64,000 nucleotides of DNA from Octopus bimaculoides (GCF_001194135.2 NC_068992.1:33727103-33791102), one strand, 5' to 3'; positions 1 through 12,619 are shown, counted from the stretch's first letter. Translations and numbers: made by a program. The notes: generated by a model from the letters alone, not told the origin.

Positions 1-674
1 TTAAAAACCTCTGCTTTTGTTTATTGATAACAGACATAACAATAAAAGGAAATAAACGGTTTAATAGATGAGTGCTCAACTATTCCATTTTATTTTATGG
101 GATTAACTGCAGGATAAAATTAAATTTATAAAGAAAACTATTGCACTTCACATGAAATTTTACTTTTAAATCATGTTTTAATAGCAGGTACACTATTTAG
201 GTACACTATTTAGTCATAGAATGTTTATAAATTCCATAATATATCTAATTAATTCTATATAATTTTGTTTGCTTTAAAGCAGTTTTGGGGTTGTAACACC
301 TAGAGAGAACGTGTAAATTTGACAATTGGAGGATCATGATTTTGATGAAATCTCATTCAGCTTTGGTACAATTGCAGTCACATTTGCTATCCACTTATAT
401 CATTTATGTATCTAAATAAACACTGAAACAATTATCTTAGATGAATGTGGTAATAAATGTATGAGTAAATTACATAACATCATTAGAGAGAATATAAATA
501 AATAAATTAATTAATTCTATGTAAAAACGTATATAAAAGCAATTCATTCTATGTAATAATGAATTAAGAAACTCTAGGGAAAGCTGAACAGCAAAACTTG
601 GATAATAATTTCTAAAAGGCTCTGACTTGAAATTGCTATTAGTTTGGTATCTGATCCATTTGTTCTCTCCATAG

Positions 675-706
675 ATGTTTTACTTCTACTTTATGTGTTA
701 GCAATA
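675..706 (+). CDS. candidate micro-exon of an unidentified host gene
   Basis: ttctctccatag| ... |gtatga; one open frame (D)VLLLLYVLAI, phase 1 to 0. Splice-signal inference only. Confidence 0.15.
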
Positions 707-924
707 GTATGATCATTTAGCATGCATGCAACACATATAGGCATTGTCCTTTGAAACGTTATAATTTTTTCATTCAGTAAGTCTATAGAATTTGATGAAC
801 GACTTTTTGTTAGGGGTTAACCATTTGAGAGTACACAGCTTCTGATTGATATCTTACTTGTGATTCATATGATGATTACATTAAACTTATTCTACTCTAT
901 TCCTCATCGATCTTTATATGTCAG

Positions 925-955
925 ATATTATTTTTAAAACCCAACAGTGCTGTTA
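925..955 (+). CDS. candidate micro-exon
   Basis: tctttatatgtcag| ... |gtaagt; reads ILFLKPNSAV in phase 0, compatible with 675-706. Confidence 0.2.
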
Positions 956-1214
956 GTAAGTTGTATACTACTTTTTGCATGAATTAGGTTCAGTTGATTC
1001 AATTTGCTTTGTTTGTGTTGTTTGTTCCTTAAAACCAGGAAAGACATAGTATAAGTATTAGTTGTATTTACAGGGGGTTAAAAAATATATCATTCTTTAC
1101 AAACTAGTAAAACTTCCTCTTAAAAATGGTGATATTGGATATTCATTTGTTTTCTTACAAAGTACTACAGTCCATTACCCACATTAAATGTTGCCAAGAA
1201 CATTATGATTATCA

Positions 1215-1427
1215 TTTATTGAGGATGGTGAATGAACAGATTTGTTTGAGCAGTGTCTGCTCCAAGTGTTTACATTCTGAGTTCAAATCCTATCAAGGTC
1301 AAATTTACATTTCATCATTCTAGGATCATTAACATAAAGTGCTAGTCTAGCACTGAGGGCAATATAATCGACTTGCCCCATTCACTCAAAATTGCTGACA
1401 TTGTTCCAAATTTAGAAAGAATTATTA
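1215..1427 (+). mobile_element. tRNA-derived SINE, family 1 (degenerate)
   Basis: B-box-like ctgagttcaaatcc, body shared with 2881-3105 and 47725-47920, and a gaaagaattattatta tail. Confidence 0.7.
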
Positions 1428-1880
1428 TTACCTCCACCTTTGCGAAGGCGGAAGTATTGTTTTCAGTCATGTTTGTTTGTTTGTCCATGGACAAGATATC
1501 TCAAGAACCGCTGGATGAATTCGGATGTAATTTTCAGAGATGTTTGGCCTTATGACTGGCACAAACCGATTAGATTTGGGGATCAATCTGGTACTGGACA
1601 AGGATTATGGATTATTTGTTATATTTACTTTACTTTACAGGAAGTATTACGATCTTACGTTCACTTTCAAGTCTTTCTCTGATTATCTCCCTTGAAAGTA
1701 CATTCATGATTTCCACGTAAGTTATGGCAGCATTGCTGTTTCCAAAGTTTTATTTTCATTTCTCTAATATTAATTTTACTCGTGTCTCTATCTTAGTAGA
1801 AACTGATGGATAAAGAAATCAAACTACATAAACAAATGACAGCAAAACCGTCCAGAAATTAAATAATACTAACATATTCA
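1428..1880 (+). mobile_element. Helentron/DINE-like non-autonomous element, 5' part
   Basis: Begins ttacctccacctttgcgaaggcggaagt (subterminal hairpin); homologous to the inverted complete copy at 58106-58469. Confidence 0.5.
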
Positions 1881-1959
1881 GTAACAATAATAAATTTAAT
1901 CTATCCTCGACAATTTTTAGTTCTACCAATTTTGAATATATCGCTCCTGTTTAAAACCT

Positions 1960-2190
1960 CTTACCTACTTGACAGTTACATTTCTAGCTCTACCTTGACG
2001 AAGCTTTACCACATGGACTCCCATTTTCTTTCATGCACGGATAAATTTTTCACTATAGACTTTAATGGTCATAAAAACACTATATCAGTGGATAGCCTAA
2101 AAAACGTCTTCATAGAGAAAACTGTCCCTGTTCCCATTGACGACACTCACACAGCATTACATACACAGCCCACATACCTACCTTCACATT
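1960..2190 (+). pseudogene. Ty3/Gypsy integrase C-terminal remnant
   Basis: ORF 1932..2348 contains FLSCTDKFFTIDFNGHKNTISVDSLKNVF, resembling the post-integrase VL.RTDKYF.....G....VSIDRLKP motif. Confidence 0.55.
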
Positions 2191-2202
2191 CCATGAATAC
2201 TA

Positions 2203-2408
2203 TTGGGATCGATCAGGTACCAGACAAGGATTCTCGATTATTTTTCAGGTCTTTTTTTAGAGTGGCCGGGTTCAATTTTAATATTCTCGTTTGTGAGAAT
2301 AGTCAAGTTTATTTCAGATATTCTCATTTTAAAAATCATCTCTACTAGTCACTGAAAAGACGTTGGTGTTGCCTTGGTGGAGGTTTGTTCTCTCTAAGTG
2401 CTCTTGTT
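2203..2408 (+). mobile_element. Helentron/DINE-like element, 3' part
   Basis: Ends ccttggtggaggt...gtgctcttgtt, the inverted partner of the 5' acctccacc motif; matches the 3' half of 58106-58469. Confidence 0.5.
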
Positions 2409-2464
2409 ATCATTATTATCATTATTATTAGTGTTATGGGAGTTGTTGTTGTTGCTGTTGTTAT

Positions 2465-2822
2465 GCAATAACTGATATGCCAACTGAATTAGCTGGGATT
2501 TGTCCTGATGTTTACTAATGACAAATTTCCTCAAATCTCAAGAATCTTTCTTAGAATTCTTGCAGAATACAAGGTGTCACTTTCTGAAGGTCAACAGTAT
2601 AGCTCTTAATTTCAATATCCTTCAGCATCTTAGACAGCCTATGAGTGTTGTGCCAAGTGCACCAATTATCACAGGAACATTTACCATATTTGTGTTTAAT
2701 AATCTTTCCATATCTCAGGTTAGGTCCTGATATTTCTCAATTTTCTTGATTTATTTAATAGCCACTCTACTATCACATAGCTTTGCAAAGTCTGTAGTTT
2801 TTCATCTTTCTCCTCCACTTTC
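2465..2822 (-). mobile_element. R4/Dong-type RLE LINE, 3' fragment (copy Z)
   Basis: Minus strand resembles the end of the endonuclease domain (VPVIIGALGT...ILRKILEI-like); flanked by (TTG)n/(ATT)n. Confidence 0.65.
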
Positions 2823-2880
2823 TATTGTTGTTGTTGTTGTTGTTGTTGTTATTATTATTAGTATTATTACTATTATTATT

Positions 2881-3105
2881 AAGGCGGCGAGCTGAGTGAA
2901 TTGTTAGCATGTCGGGTGAAATGCTTAGTGGTATTTTATCTGTCACTACATTCTGAGTTCACATTCTGCTGAGGTCAACTTTGCCTTTCATCCTTCCGGG
3001 AATCAATAAACTAAGTCCCAGTTGAGTACTGGGGTTGATGCAATCGACTTATCCCCTCCCATAAAATGTCAGGCCTCGTACCTTTAGTAGAAAGGATTGT
3101 TGTTG
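2881..3105 (+). mobile_element. tRNA-derived SINE, family 1
   Basis: aaggcggcgagctg...ttagc head, ctgagttcacattc B-box-like motif, tagaaaggattgttgtt tail. Confidence 0.8.
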
Positions 3106-3112
3106 TTACTAT

Positions 3113-3190
3113 TAAGATAGTGAGCTGGCAGAATCATTAGCATGCTTAATGGTATTTTGTCCATCTTTACATTCTGAGTTCAAATTCACT
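3113..3190 (+). mobile_element. SINE family 1, head only
   Basis: gagctggcagaatcattagcatg...ctgagttcaaattc. Confidence 0.65.
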
Positions 3191-3461
3191 ATTTTTGTCA
3201 TCTTTACCACACAATCTCTATCAAGATTTCCAGTATAAATGATGGAGATGAGACTTGGTGTTCACATCACCAAAACACAAACAAGTTTTCAACATTGATG
3301 ATATAAGGAAAGCAAAACAGAAATTTGACCAATCATTTGAAACTCGATGGGGGAAAAAAAGGCAAATTTTGTCTTCTTTAATACTAAACTGAGGGGTATT
3401 AAACATAAGATATATATTAAAGGGGATAACAAGTCCCCCATTATTATTATTATTATTACTA

Positions 3462-6345
3462 TATGTTTGACTTTTGCTTTGTATTTGTACATGTTGGCTC
3501 CAAGTCTCACCCAGAGACCTAAAGAGACAAAATGTTAGAAGTTCATGTTGGTGTTTTGCCTAGGGTGTCATATATTTGGTTTTGCACATAGTATTGTTCT
3601 AGAGAATTTTTAAGAAAAAATTAAAAAATTATATGAATTTGTTTTAAAATTTGAGATTACATAGACAGTATTTTACATAGGATATGGGCAGTTCCCATGA
3701 GCACTATCTTTTGAATTTCTGCCATTTTGGGGTTTCCTGGTGTCTCAGCTAGGTAGCAATCATCCCCTTTTGCTATCATTCCTAGGGCACTTATGACAAC
3801 AGGTATTGTTTTAGTCTTGAGGTTCCACATTTTGCCAATTTCTATTTCAAGATCTTTATATTTGATCAGTTTTCGGTAGGTCTTGACAGATGTATTTATA
3901 TCGATTGGGACAGTCATATCAATGAGGAGGCATGATTTTTGTCAGAAGTCTTTCAATATAATGTCTGGCCTATTCACATTTGTCTTTCTGTCAATTTGAA
4001 TGGTGAAGTTCCAGAGGAGTGAGATGTGATATTTTTCAAGTACTGGAGGTGATTTGTGTTCCCACCAGTTTTTATCATGGAGCAGGTCCAGGATTTTGAA
4101 AATTACCCAGTGAATATATTGTGCTGCTCTGTCATGCCTGTTGAGATACTCTGTAGGTGCAAGAAGACTGCACATGGAGGCAACATGATCAATGGTTTCA
4201 TTTTGTTGTTGACATACATGACATGTTAGGCAGCTGCTGTTCTTTAATATGTTGGCCTGGTAGTTTCTTGTAGGTAGGCATTGACCTTGGGCTGCTATGA
4301 TAAACCCTTCTGTTTCATTTTTTAAGCTGGAAGCCACTAACCATTGATGGGTAAGGGTTTTGTCAACTTCGGTACTATTAGCTCTCTTTGGGTATTTGCC
4401 ATTGAAAGGTTTTTTTTTGCCATTTATCAGTAAGAATATCAAAGGTAGCAGTTTTAGCACAGGTCTTCATATGCTTAGCTTTCTCTGTGCTTGTTTTTAG
4501 TACATCTAATTCTGGAATTTGTTGCATTTGGAATTCACTCAGATATTCCTTTGCTTGTTTTGTTACTGAATGTGATGCTTTCTTCTTTTCATACATTGAG
4601 ATAAGTTTTAACATCCAGTCATCAGAGTTTTTCAGGTAGCTGTCTTGGCCAATTGTATCAATCTTCATTGTTAGTTCCAGTTGTAAAAGTCCATAGCCTC
4701 CCTCTTTTCATGGCAGATAAAGTTGTTCTATATCTGCCTTAGGGTGGTGCATTCTATGCATTGTCAACAATTTTCGTACTTTCCTGTCAAGATTACATAT
4801 TTCAGTAATTGACCAGTTAATGATATTGAAGCTGTAAGTCACGACCGGTATGGCTAAAGTATTGATTCCTTCGATCCTGTTTCTTGCATTCAGCTCTGTC
4901 TTGAATATTGCCCTTACCGTGCGATAACATTGTCTCCTGATCCTTTCCTTCATCACTGAATGTTTGATTCCATCCTCTTCAAATGCCCGTAGGCACTTGC
5001 AGCTCTCCACTGATTCTAATTGCTTTATGACATTCTGCTAGTCAAGATTAACATTGGATGTTACTGACATTTTTACTTTGATAAAGATAGCTTTTGTACA
5101 TTTATCAAGGCCAAATTGCATCCTCATGTCATAATTGAATTGTTTAACAATTGCTAGTAAGCCCTGTAGTTGTTGGTCATTTTTTGCAAAGAGCTTTAAA
5201 TCATCCATATAAATGAGATGATTTATATTTTTATCAAACATTTTATACCCATATTGTACATCATTGAGCAATTTTGAGAGAAGTATTAAGGCTAGACAAA
5301 AGAAGAATTGTGATAGAGAGTCACCCTGGAAAATGCCACATTAATTTCTTACATCTCAACATTAAGAGATTCATTGTCACTGTTCAAAGTCAGTGTAGTT
5401 TTTCATGATCTCATACTTACTGACAAAAAGTTTCACAGAATAGGTGCTATTTTATACATGTCCAGACATTTCTTAATCTAGCTATGTTCTAGACTATCAA
5501 AAGCTTTTTTATAGTCTGTCCAGGCTATTGACAAACTTTTGTGTTGTCTGTGACAATCTTCCAAGATCATCTTATTGATGAGTAGCTGACCTTTACAACC
5601 ACAGGACCCACATTTACATCATTCTTGCACATTAGGGAACATGCCACTTTCTATAAATAAACTATAGGTATATTCATTCAAGATAAATATTAGCATTTTA
5701 TACATTGTTAAGCAGATTATGGGTCTATAATTTTTTGGTTCATTTATTTCTTCATTTTTTGGAAGTAGGAATGTAACATCATTAACTAGCCAAGATGGAA
5801 TCATACTAGGTTGTTGCAAAGTTTTGTTAGCAGTTCATGGCTCTCTGGGAAGACATTCAACCAGAAGTTAGGAATTTTATCTTTTCCTGGAGACTTCCAT
5901 TTGCTTGACTCCCTCAGGAGCAGATCTTACATCCTCTACCTTGATACTCTCCCACTTTTACTCTACTAAGGAGTCTAAGTCAGTAGATATTCTATCAATC
6001 CAAGAGGCCTTTTCATTGTTTTTTCTTCTGCCCAAATTTTATTCCAAAAATTCCTGCACTTCTTTTGATGGGACAGACTTTACTGTAACTGGTATATTTC
6101 CTATCTTTCTGTAAAAGTTTTTGGGTTATTTTTTAACATGTTGTTGTCCTTGAAAAATCTAACGCACTTTTCATACGTTGCTATGTGGGCAGCTTTAGCT
6201 CATACCTATTGCTTGATGGTTTCTATGGTGGTATCGATGTCAAATATGGTTTTCATATCATATTTTTCTTTAATTTTCGGTTTTTTGTTGGTTTGATAGT
6301 CTTGTCAAACTTAAAGCTTTTTAAACATTCTATGTTAGACCTAAG
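3462..6345 (-). mobile_element. R4/Dong-type RLE LINE (copy A), 5'-truncated and frameshifted
   Basis: ORF pieces give NYRPIICL, QGDSLS, YMDDLKLF, LAIPVVTYSF, HPKAD, CHVC..ETIDH..C..LAPTEY.NRHD, NRPDII and an RLE C-terminus; (ATT)n tail at ~3441-3460. Confidence 0.9.
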
Positions 6346-6351
6346 AAGCTG

Positions 6352-6395
6352 TATTATTATTACTATTATTACTATTATTATTATTATTATTATTA
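6352..6395. repeat. (ATT)n junction between LINE copies A and B
   Basis: tattattattactattattactattattattatt... seen directly. Confidence 0.95.
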
Positions 6396-6396
6396 T

Positions 6397-9300
6397 GGTG
6401 TTTATTTTCTTCTTTCTTCAAATTTTTTCCCTTTCTCACCGAGTATTTTCCATACATCTAGGGTAGAGAAGCTCATTGTATGCATTCCCAGTTTACACGC
6501 AAATTCACAGGTAAAATATGTATTAAAAAATATCAATAAATAAATAAATTCACGAATGGATGTTGTTTTCACAGCAATAAGGCTCTTCTCAGTACTGAGT
6601 CATTCCAGTTAACATAATTTTTTGCACATCCTGTAGGGATGATAGGCCTAGTATCATTTTCAAATAGGTTTCAGTACCTTTTTCTTATCATTCCTAGAGA
6701 TCCTACAATTACTGGTATGGTAATCGCCTTGAGATGCCACATTTTTTCAATTTCTATTAGCAAGTCTATATCTTTACTGATCTTGTCAAATTCTTTCACC
6801 GCTATATTGTGATTGCAAGGAATACTCATGTCAATTAATAAACACATCTTTTTTGTCTGATCTTTTATAATAATATCTGGTTTATTAGCTTTTATAGTTT
6901 TGTCGGTATGTACGGAGAAGTCCCAGAGAATCGATACATTTTCTCCCTCAGTCACAGCTTCAGGATGGTGTTTATACCATTTGTCAGTGGTTTTGATTTT
7001 ATAGTGCTGACATATCGTCCAGTGTAAATACTGGCCGACTCTTTATATTCTACAGGTGCTAAGACTCTACACCCTGAGATTAGGTGGTCTATAGTTTCAA
7101 TCTCATCGTTACAGAATTGGCATTGTGGGTCAGCCCCATTTTTTATCACATTGGCTTGGTAGTTCCGGGTTAATAAGCTTTGGTCTTGAGCAGCCAATAT
7201 GAAACTTTCACTCTCTGCTTTTAGCCTTGAGCTTTGTAACCATTGATGCGTTTGTTTCTGGTTGACATCAGCTTCTTTGCTACGAGCCACACACTTGCCA
7301 TGCAGAGGTTTCTGTTCCCATCTGCTAGCTAATTTTTCATGTGCTTTTTGTATTTGCAATTAATTTTATTTTCTTTGCAGCAGCAGTTGGCACATTTCCT
7401 TCAAACTGATCAATCTGGTAGGTATCTAAGAAACCAGTAGCAAATTTTTTGCTCTCTTTCAGAATAGAGTGAAGTTGTTTCGGTCTTTCATGTTTTTCAA
7501 CAAGTTTCAGCATCCAATCGTTGGTTGTTTCAAGGTATTTGGCCAGTCCGATTGTGGTGGTTTTGTACATAAGTTCAAGCTGGATCAAGCCTCGACCTCC
7601 CTGAGCTCTGGTAAGGTAAAGATGATCCATGTCTGCCTTTGGATGGTGCATCTTATTACAAGTCAGTAGCTTGCGGATTTTTCTATCAATTTTCATTATT
7701 TCACTGGTATTCCAGTTAAGCACATTGAAGCTATAAAGAACAACTGGGACTGCTAAGGAATTTATGGCTAACACCTTATTATATGCATTCAGCTCAGACT
7801 TCAGAACTGCTCAAACTCTTCTATAACATTCTTTCCTAACCTTTTCTTTCATGCTTGCATGCTAGATACCAGAGCCTTCATTTATTCCTGGGTATTTATA
7901 GGTTTGTTCCTGCTCAAGTTCCTTTATTACTGTTTCGACATCTAATTCTATTGAACTTGACTTTACCAGTTTCCCTTTCTTTAAAGTGGCTTCGGCACAC
8001 TTTTCAAGACCAAACTCCATCCCGATATAATCACTGAATCCTTTCACAGTATGTAGTAGTCCTTAAAGCTCTTCATCATCTTTTCCATATAGTTTGAAAT
8101 CATCCATATAAAATAAATGGCTTATTTTCCTGTTGTCAATTTTGTAGCCATACACTGTTTTATTCAGTTCACTTGAGAGTGGTATTAGTACTATGCAGAA
8201 AATTAGTGGTGAAGGTGAGTCACCTTGGAAAATGCCACAGTTTATGCTAATATTGTTTGAGTGCAATACTCCATTAGAAGGATATAAATGGAGCTTCGTA
8301 TTCCATAGTGACATATACTTTTAAAAATCTGAAATCACAGAAGAAATTTTGAATATGTCCAGCAATTTCAGAATCCACGAATGTGGTATGCTGTCAAAGG
8401 CTTTTTTATAATCAATCCACGAAGAGCTGCAATTTCTGTGCTTGTTATGACAGTTCTCAATGATCATGCGATTAATTAAGAGCTGATCTCTGCATTCATA
8501 TGTGCCTCATCTGCATCCTTTTTGTTCAGTGGGAAAGAGGTTATTCTCTTCCATAAACATATATGTTTTCTCCACTAGAATAGATGTCAAAATCTTATAG
8601 GTAGTAGACAAACATGTTATAGGCTGGTAGGTTTTTGGGTCTTTGGTTTCATTATTTTGGCGGGAGGAAGTAAGTAATACCATTTGCCGTCCAATGGGGA
8701 GTTTTTTCCGGGTCTTTCATAATACTATTAAATAGTATTACTAACATTTTGAATGCAGACGAGAGTGATGAGAGCCAGAAATTTGTTACTCTATCAATAC
8801 CAGGTGATTTCCACTTATGAGCCTTCCTTAGGTCGGCAATTGAGATGTCTTCCCATACCTGTTCTAGTAGATTTTTGTAAGCATCTTGGGTGCGTTTGAT
8901 CCAGTCTGCATTTTCATTGTATGGTTTCTCATCACTCCAGATCCCTTTCCAAAACTTTCCAACTTCTTCCATTAGGGGTGGATTTTCAATGGTTATTTTT
9001 TTCTTTCCACATTTCCCTGTAAAATGATTTGGCATTGGATTTGAACATCTTATTGTGCTTGTAGAATTTGATTCTTTTCTCAAATCTGCGTATTTTCTGA
9101 GCTTTTGCTTGAACTTTTTTGTTTCAGTGTTTCATTCGCTGACATTAGTTCTTCTCTTGTTGAGAGTCCATATTTTCTCACGATCTTCCTGCCTTTTCTT
9201 GATCTTATATCATTTCCAGAGATTAGCTCAGTTAATATTGATATCTCCCTTTGCAATGATTCAATCTCAGTTTCAATTCTACTCCTCCAGTTTGATTTTC

Positions 9301-9602
9301 TTTTCGAATTTGGTATTGTTGGCTTTTTGGGTGTTAAACAACGCCTTTCGATTAACTTAGCAACAGAGTAAATAATTTCATTTAACTTATTAAGATCGAG
9401 TTTTAGTTGTATGATTTCTTGTTAACGCAGTTGCCAATTTTTATTTGTGTTTTATGTTGGTGTGCGTTTGAGAGTTTATGGAGTGGTTCCCTATCATTCA
9501 TATTTGTATGCCCTACAACTTCAAGCTCATTCAGAACTTCCTGCTTCATTTCAATGATAGATTTTCTGTGTTGTTCAGCAAATATGTGGTCTTCAAATTC
9601 TG

Positions 9603-9605
<3 letters not shown>
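6397..9605 (-). mobile_element. R4/Dong-type RLE LINE (copy B), different subfamily
   Basis: KWKSPGID, QGDSPSPLIF, YMDDFKLY, LAINSLAVPVVLYSF, GGRGL, CQFCNDEIETIDHLISGC, KANKPDIII; 3' UTR unlike copy A. Confidence 0.9.

Positions 9606-9606
<1 letters not shown>

Positions 9607-9655
<49 letters not shown>
9607..9655. repeat. (ATT)n junction between copies B and C
   Basis: Near-pure (tat)n run. Confidence 0.95.
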
Positions 9656-9658
<3 letters not shown>

Positions 9659-9972
9659 TAGTCTTATTTTTATCACGTGCACTACCAAGCACAGCTCTGT
9701 GTGTCTTGGGTATGTCCTGTGGTTTGTTGTGGTGCTCTTATTTTCGTAGGATGTGTGCAGTGCCTAGTTGTGCTATTTTCTGTATGTTATATATACTTGT
9801 AAGTCCTGGTGTTTTTGTTAAGTATTTGTCTGAAAGTTTTTCTTTATCATACCTAATGTACCTACTATAATAGGAATTGTTTCTGTTTTTAGGCTTCACA
9901 TTTGAGCTACCCTTATTTCCAGATCTTTGTATTTTGAAAGTTTCTCCTTTTCTTTTAGAGAAACATTGTCAT
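9656..9972 (-). mobile_element. R4/Dong-type LINE 3' end (copy C)
   Basis: Minus strand reads DKYLTKTPGLTSIYNIQKIAQLGTAHILRK. Confidence 0.8.
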
Positions 9973-9995
9973 CTGTTATTATTATTATTATTATA

Positions 9996-10930
9996 TGTTT
10001 TGGTTTTGTTTTAACCAGAGACATTAAGCAACAACGAGGTTGTGCATCTAAAGATGCTAACAGATGAAATGCCATGCAATTTCAAACTGATATCTGTGGG
10101 AGTAAAAAAAGAAAGAGTCACTAAGGCTACACTCATGTGGAGAAGAATTTATGTAGAATATTTTAGGTACCCATAAGAATGGTCTTTTGTAATTCTGTTA
10201 TTTTGGGGCAGTCAGGGATTGGGTCTACATTTTGTTTGCTCCTCTTGTTATCATTCCATGTGTTTGAATAGTAATAGGTTATGTTGTTTTGAAACGTCAC
10301 ATTCTTCCAATTTCCATCTCCAGGACCCTCACATTTGTTCAGTTTTACAACCATTTTCAGAGATGTGTTTTTGTCAGCTGGGGTTGCAACATCAATCACA
10401 AGACGAATCTTTTCAATATAATTTCTCAAAATGAGATCGTGTCAGTTTCCCTGTATTTCCCAATCCGTCTGAACACTGAAATTCCAAAGGATGATAACCT
10501 CAGCATTCTGGGCAACTTGTGCTGGCTTTTGTTCCCACTAATTGTTTCTGTGAGGGAGGTTCTATGAGCAGCATATTGATCAGTGTATGTACTGAGCTGC
10601 CCTGTAAGTATTCTGTTGATGCTGTCTACTGCGCCCAGAAATTATTGTTTTTGGGTGCTCTCCACATATGTTGCATGATGTGCTGTTTTATATTTCAGGA
10701 TGTTACTCTGGCAATTCCTAGCTGGAAGGGACTGCTGCTGATCAGCAATGACCTACTCTTCAGTTTTTGGTTTGAAACCAGAGCATGACAACCATTGATG
10801 AGTAAGAGCTTCATCTACAGCAGTTTCTCTGATTCTAGTTGGGTATTTGCTATACAGTAGCATTTGCTCCCATTTCTACTTAATATATTATAGGTTGGTT
10901 TATTTGGCTATGGTCTTGTTGTGCAAGAGT
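9996..10930 (-). mobile_element. R4/Dong-type LINE 3' portion (copy D)
   Basis: LVIDVATPADKN...ITELQKTILMGT (ORF 10163..10429); (ATT)n at 9976-9995. Confidence 0.8.
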
Positions 10931-10934
10931 ACGA

Positions 10935-12220
10935 CATCCCCTGATGAGAATGGACTAGACTACTACATATAAATAGTAGCAGTCTGAATAAGTGATGTTG
11001 TTCATGCTAGTTCCACGGTTCATGTGTTGATAGTTCAAAGTTTACAGTTCAAGTTAGCATATTGGATTGTTAGTTCTTAAAAGAGTGTTATTACGTTCCA
11101 TGTGGTTACTAACGTTTGTTTTGATTATCTTGTCATTACACAGTTGCAGTGTATTCATTTATCCATAAGGATGTAACATCTGGTGACAAGGCTTGTTCAA
11201 AACTCACATTGGTTATTTTGACAATTTCTCCATCATGGAAAAACTATTAGCTGCAGTAGTACAGCTTCAAGGGAAGCAACGGGAACAACTACAGGAGCTG
11301 CAAGAATAAATACTACTACAACAACAACAATTAATTGAGTTACTGTTGGAGATGTCCGAAAATCCAGTAAGCTCGTTTATGCCAGATGGCATGGCTGACA
11401 CAATTTCTGAATTTACATATAATCCAGAAGAGGGTATTATGTTTCCTGTGTATTATAGAAGATATGAGGAAATTTTTAACGAGTGCAAGTCATGGTCGGA
11501 GGAGCAGAAAGTAAGGTTTTTTACTATGTGAGGTAGGCCCTGTCAAGCATAAGTGTTACTGCAAATTTATTCTACCCCAAATTAAGTACTTAGGGCAAAT
11601 AATTGATAAAAGTGGTAGACATCCTGATCCATCGAGGGCAGATGCAATAAGGAATATTCCAAATTTACAAGCATTTCTTGAGCTGGAAAACTACTATTAA
11701 AACTACATTCCTAATATGTAGAAGTTAAGAGCTCCGTTGAACGACTTGTTAAAGAAGGAGTAAAGTGGAACTGGTCCACTAAATGCTAGAACACTTATGA
11801 AGAAATAAAAATATTCTAATCTCAGACCTGTCATTAGCACATTACGAACCCGAAATGATCACCATTGTAGCACCTGATGCTTCTGAGCATGGATTAGGTG
11901 CAGTTCTACTTCATAAATATGAAGATGGAAGTACAAAACCAGTGGTTCAGGTTTCACGCTTACTAATATCAGCAGAGAAGAGATAATATAGTGAAATTGA
12001 AAAGGAGGCCCTAACAATCGTTTCTGCAGTTAAAAAGTTTCACATGTTTCTGCATGGCAGAAAGTTTTTATTGCATACAGACCATAGACCTTTGTTGATC
12101 TATGGGTCCAAAAAAGTGTTACCAACTCATACTGCAAACCGTTTGCAATGTTAGGGTGTAATATTACTAAATTATAATTTGAAAATGCAATACACTCCAT
12201 CGAAAAATATCGGTCATGCA
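10935..12220 (+). mobile_element. Ty3/Gypsy LTR retrotransposon, internally deleted (5' LTR, PBS, gag start, RT end and RNase H)
   Basis: LTR-like end ...gtaaca at 11178, PBS-like tctggtgacaagg, gag-like ATG at 11235 (..DTISEFTYNPEEG..F..YYRRYEEIF), then [34 protein letters not shown] and TANRLQ with stops. Confidence 0.85.
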
Positions 12221-12222
12221 GA

Positions 12223-12398
12223 GAGCTGGCAGAATCATTAGCATGCCAAGATGAAATGCTTGGCAGCATTTCATCCGTTTTTACGTTCTGATTTAAAATT
12301 CCAGCCTTTCAGGGTCACTGTAATAAGTACCAGTTAAACCCTGGGGTTCAAATTTCAGGCCTTGTGCCCTAAGTAGAAAGGATTATTATTATTATTAA
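12223..12398 (+). mobile_element. SINE family 1, internally deleted
   Basis: gagagctggcagaatcattagcatg head and agtagaaaggattattattattatt tail. Confidence 0.75.
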
Positions 12399-12619
12399 AA
12401 GTTTTCCTTGATATCTGTTGTATTTACACACTTTCCACAAGTTGTCACTTGGACGCATAAAGATGATAAGAAATATGTTCGCAATATTTTGGATGATTAT
12501 ATGACATCAAGAAGTGCTAGAACTGGATAAATTTGAGAGAAAAGGCACATGCAGACATAAATGCTCTGTAATAATATTATAAAACTATGAAATTTAAGGT
12601 GATAGTGCATCATGACCCA

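Noticed and set aside
9055-9870. Hydrophobic + strand ORFs resembling membrane proteins
   Set aside because: They are the antisense of LINE coding sequence plus (ATT)n.
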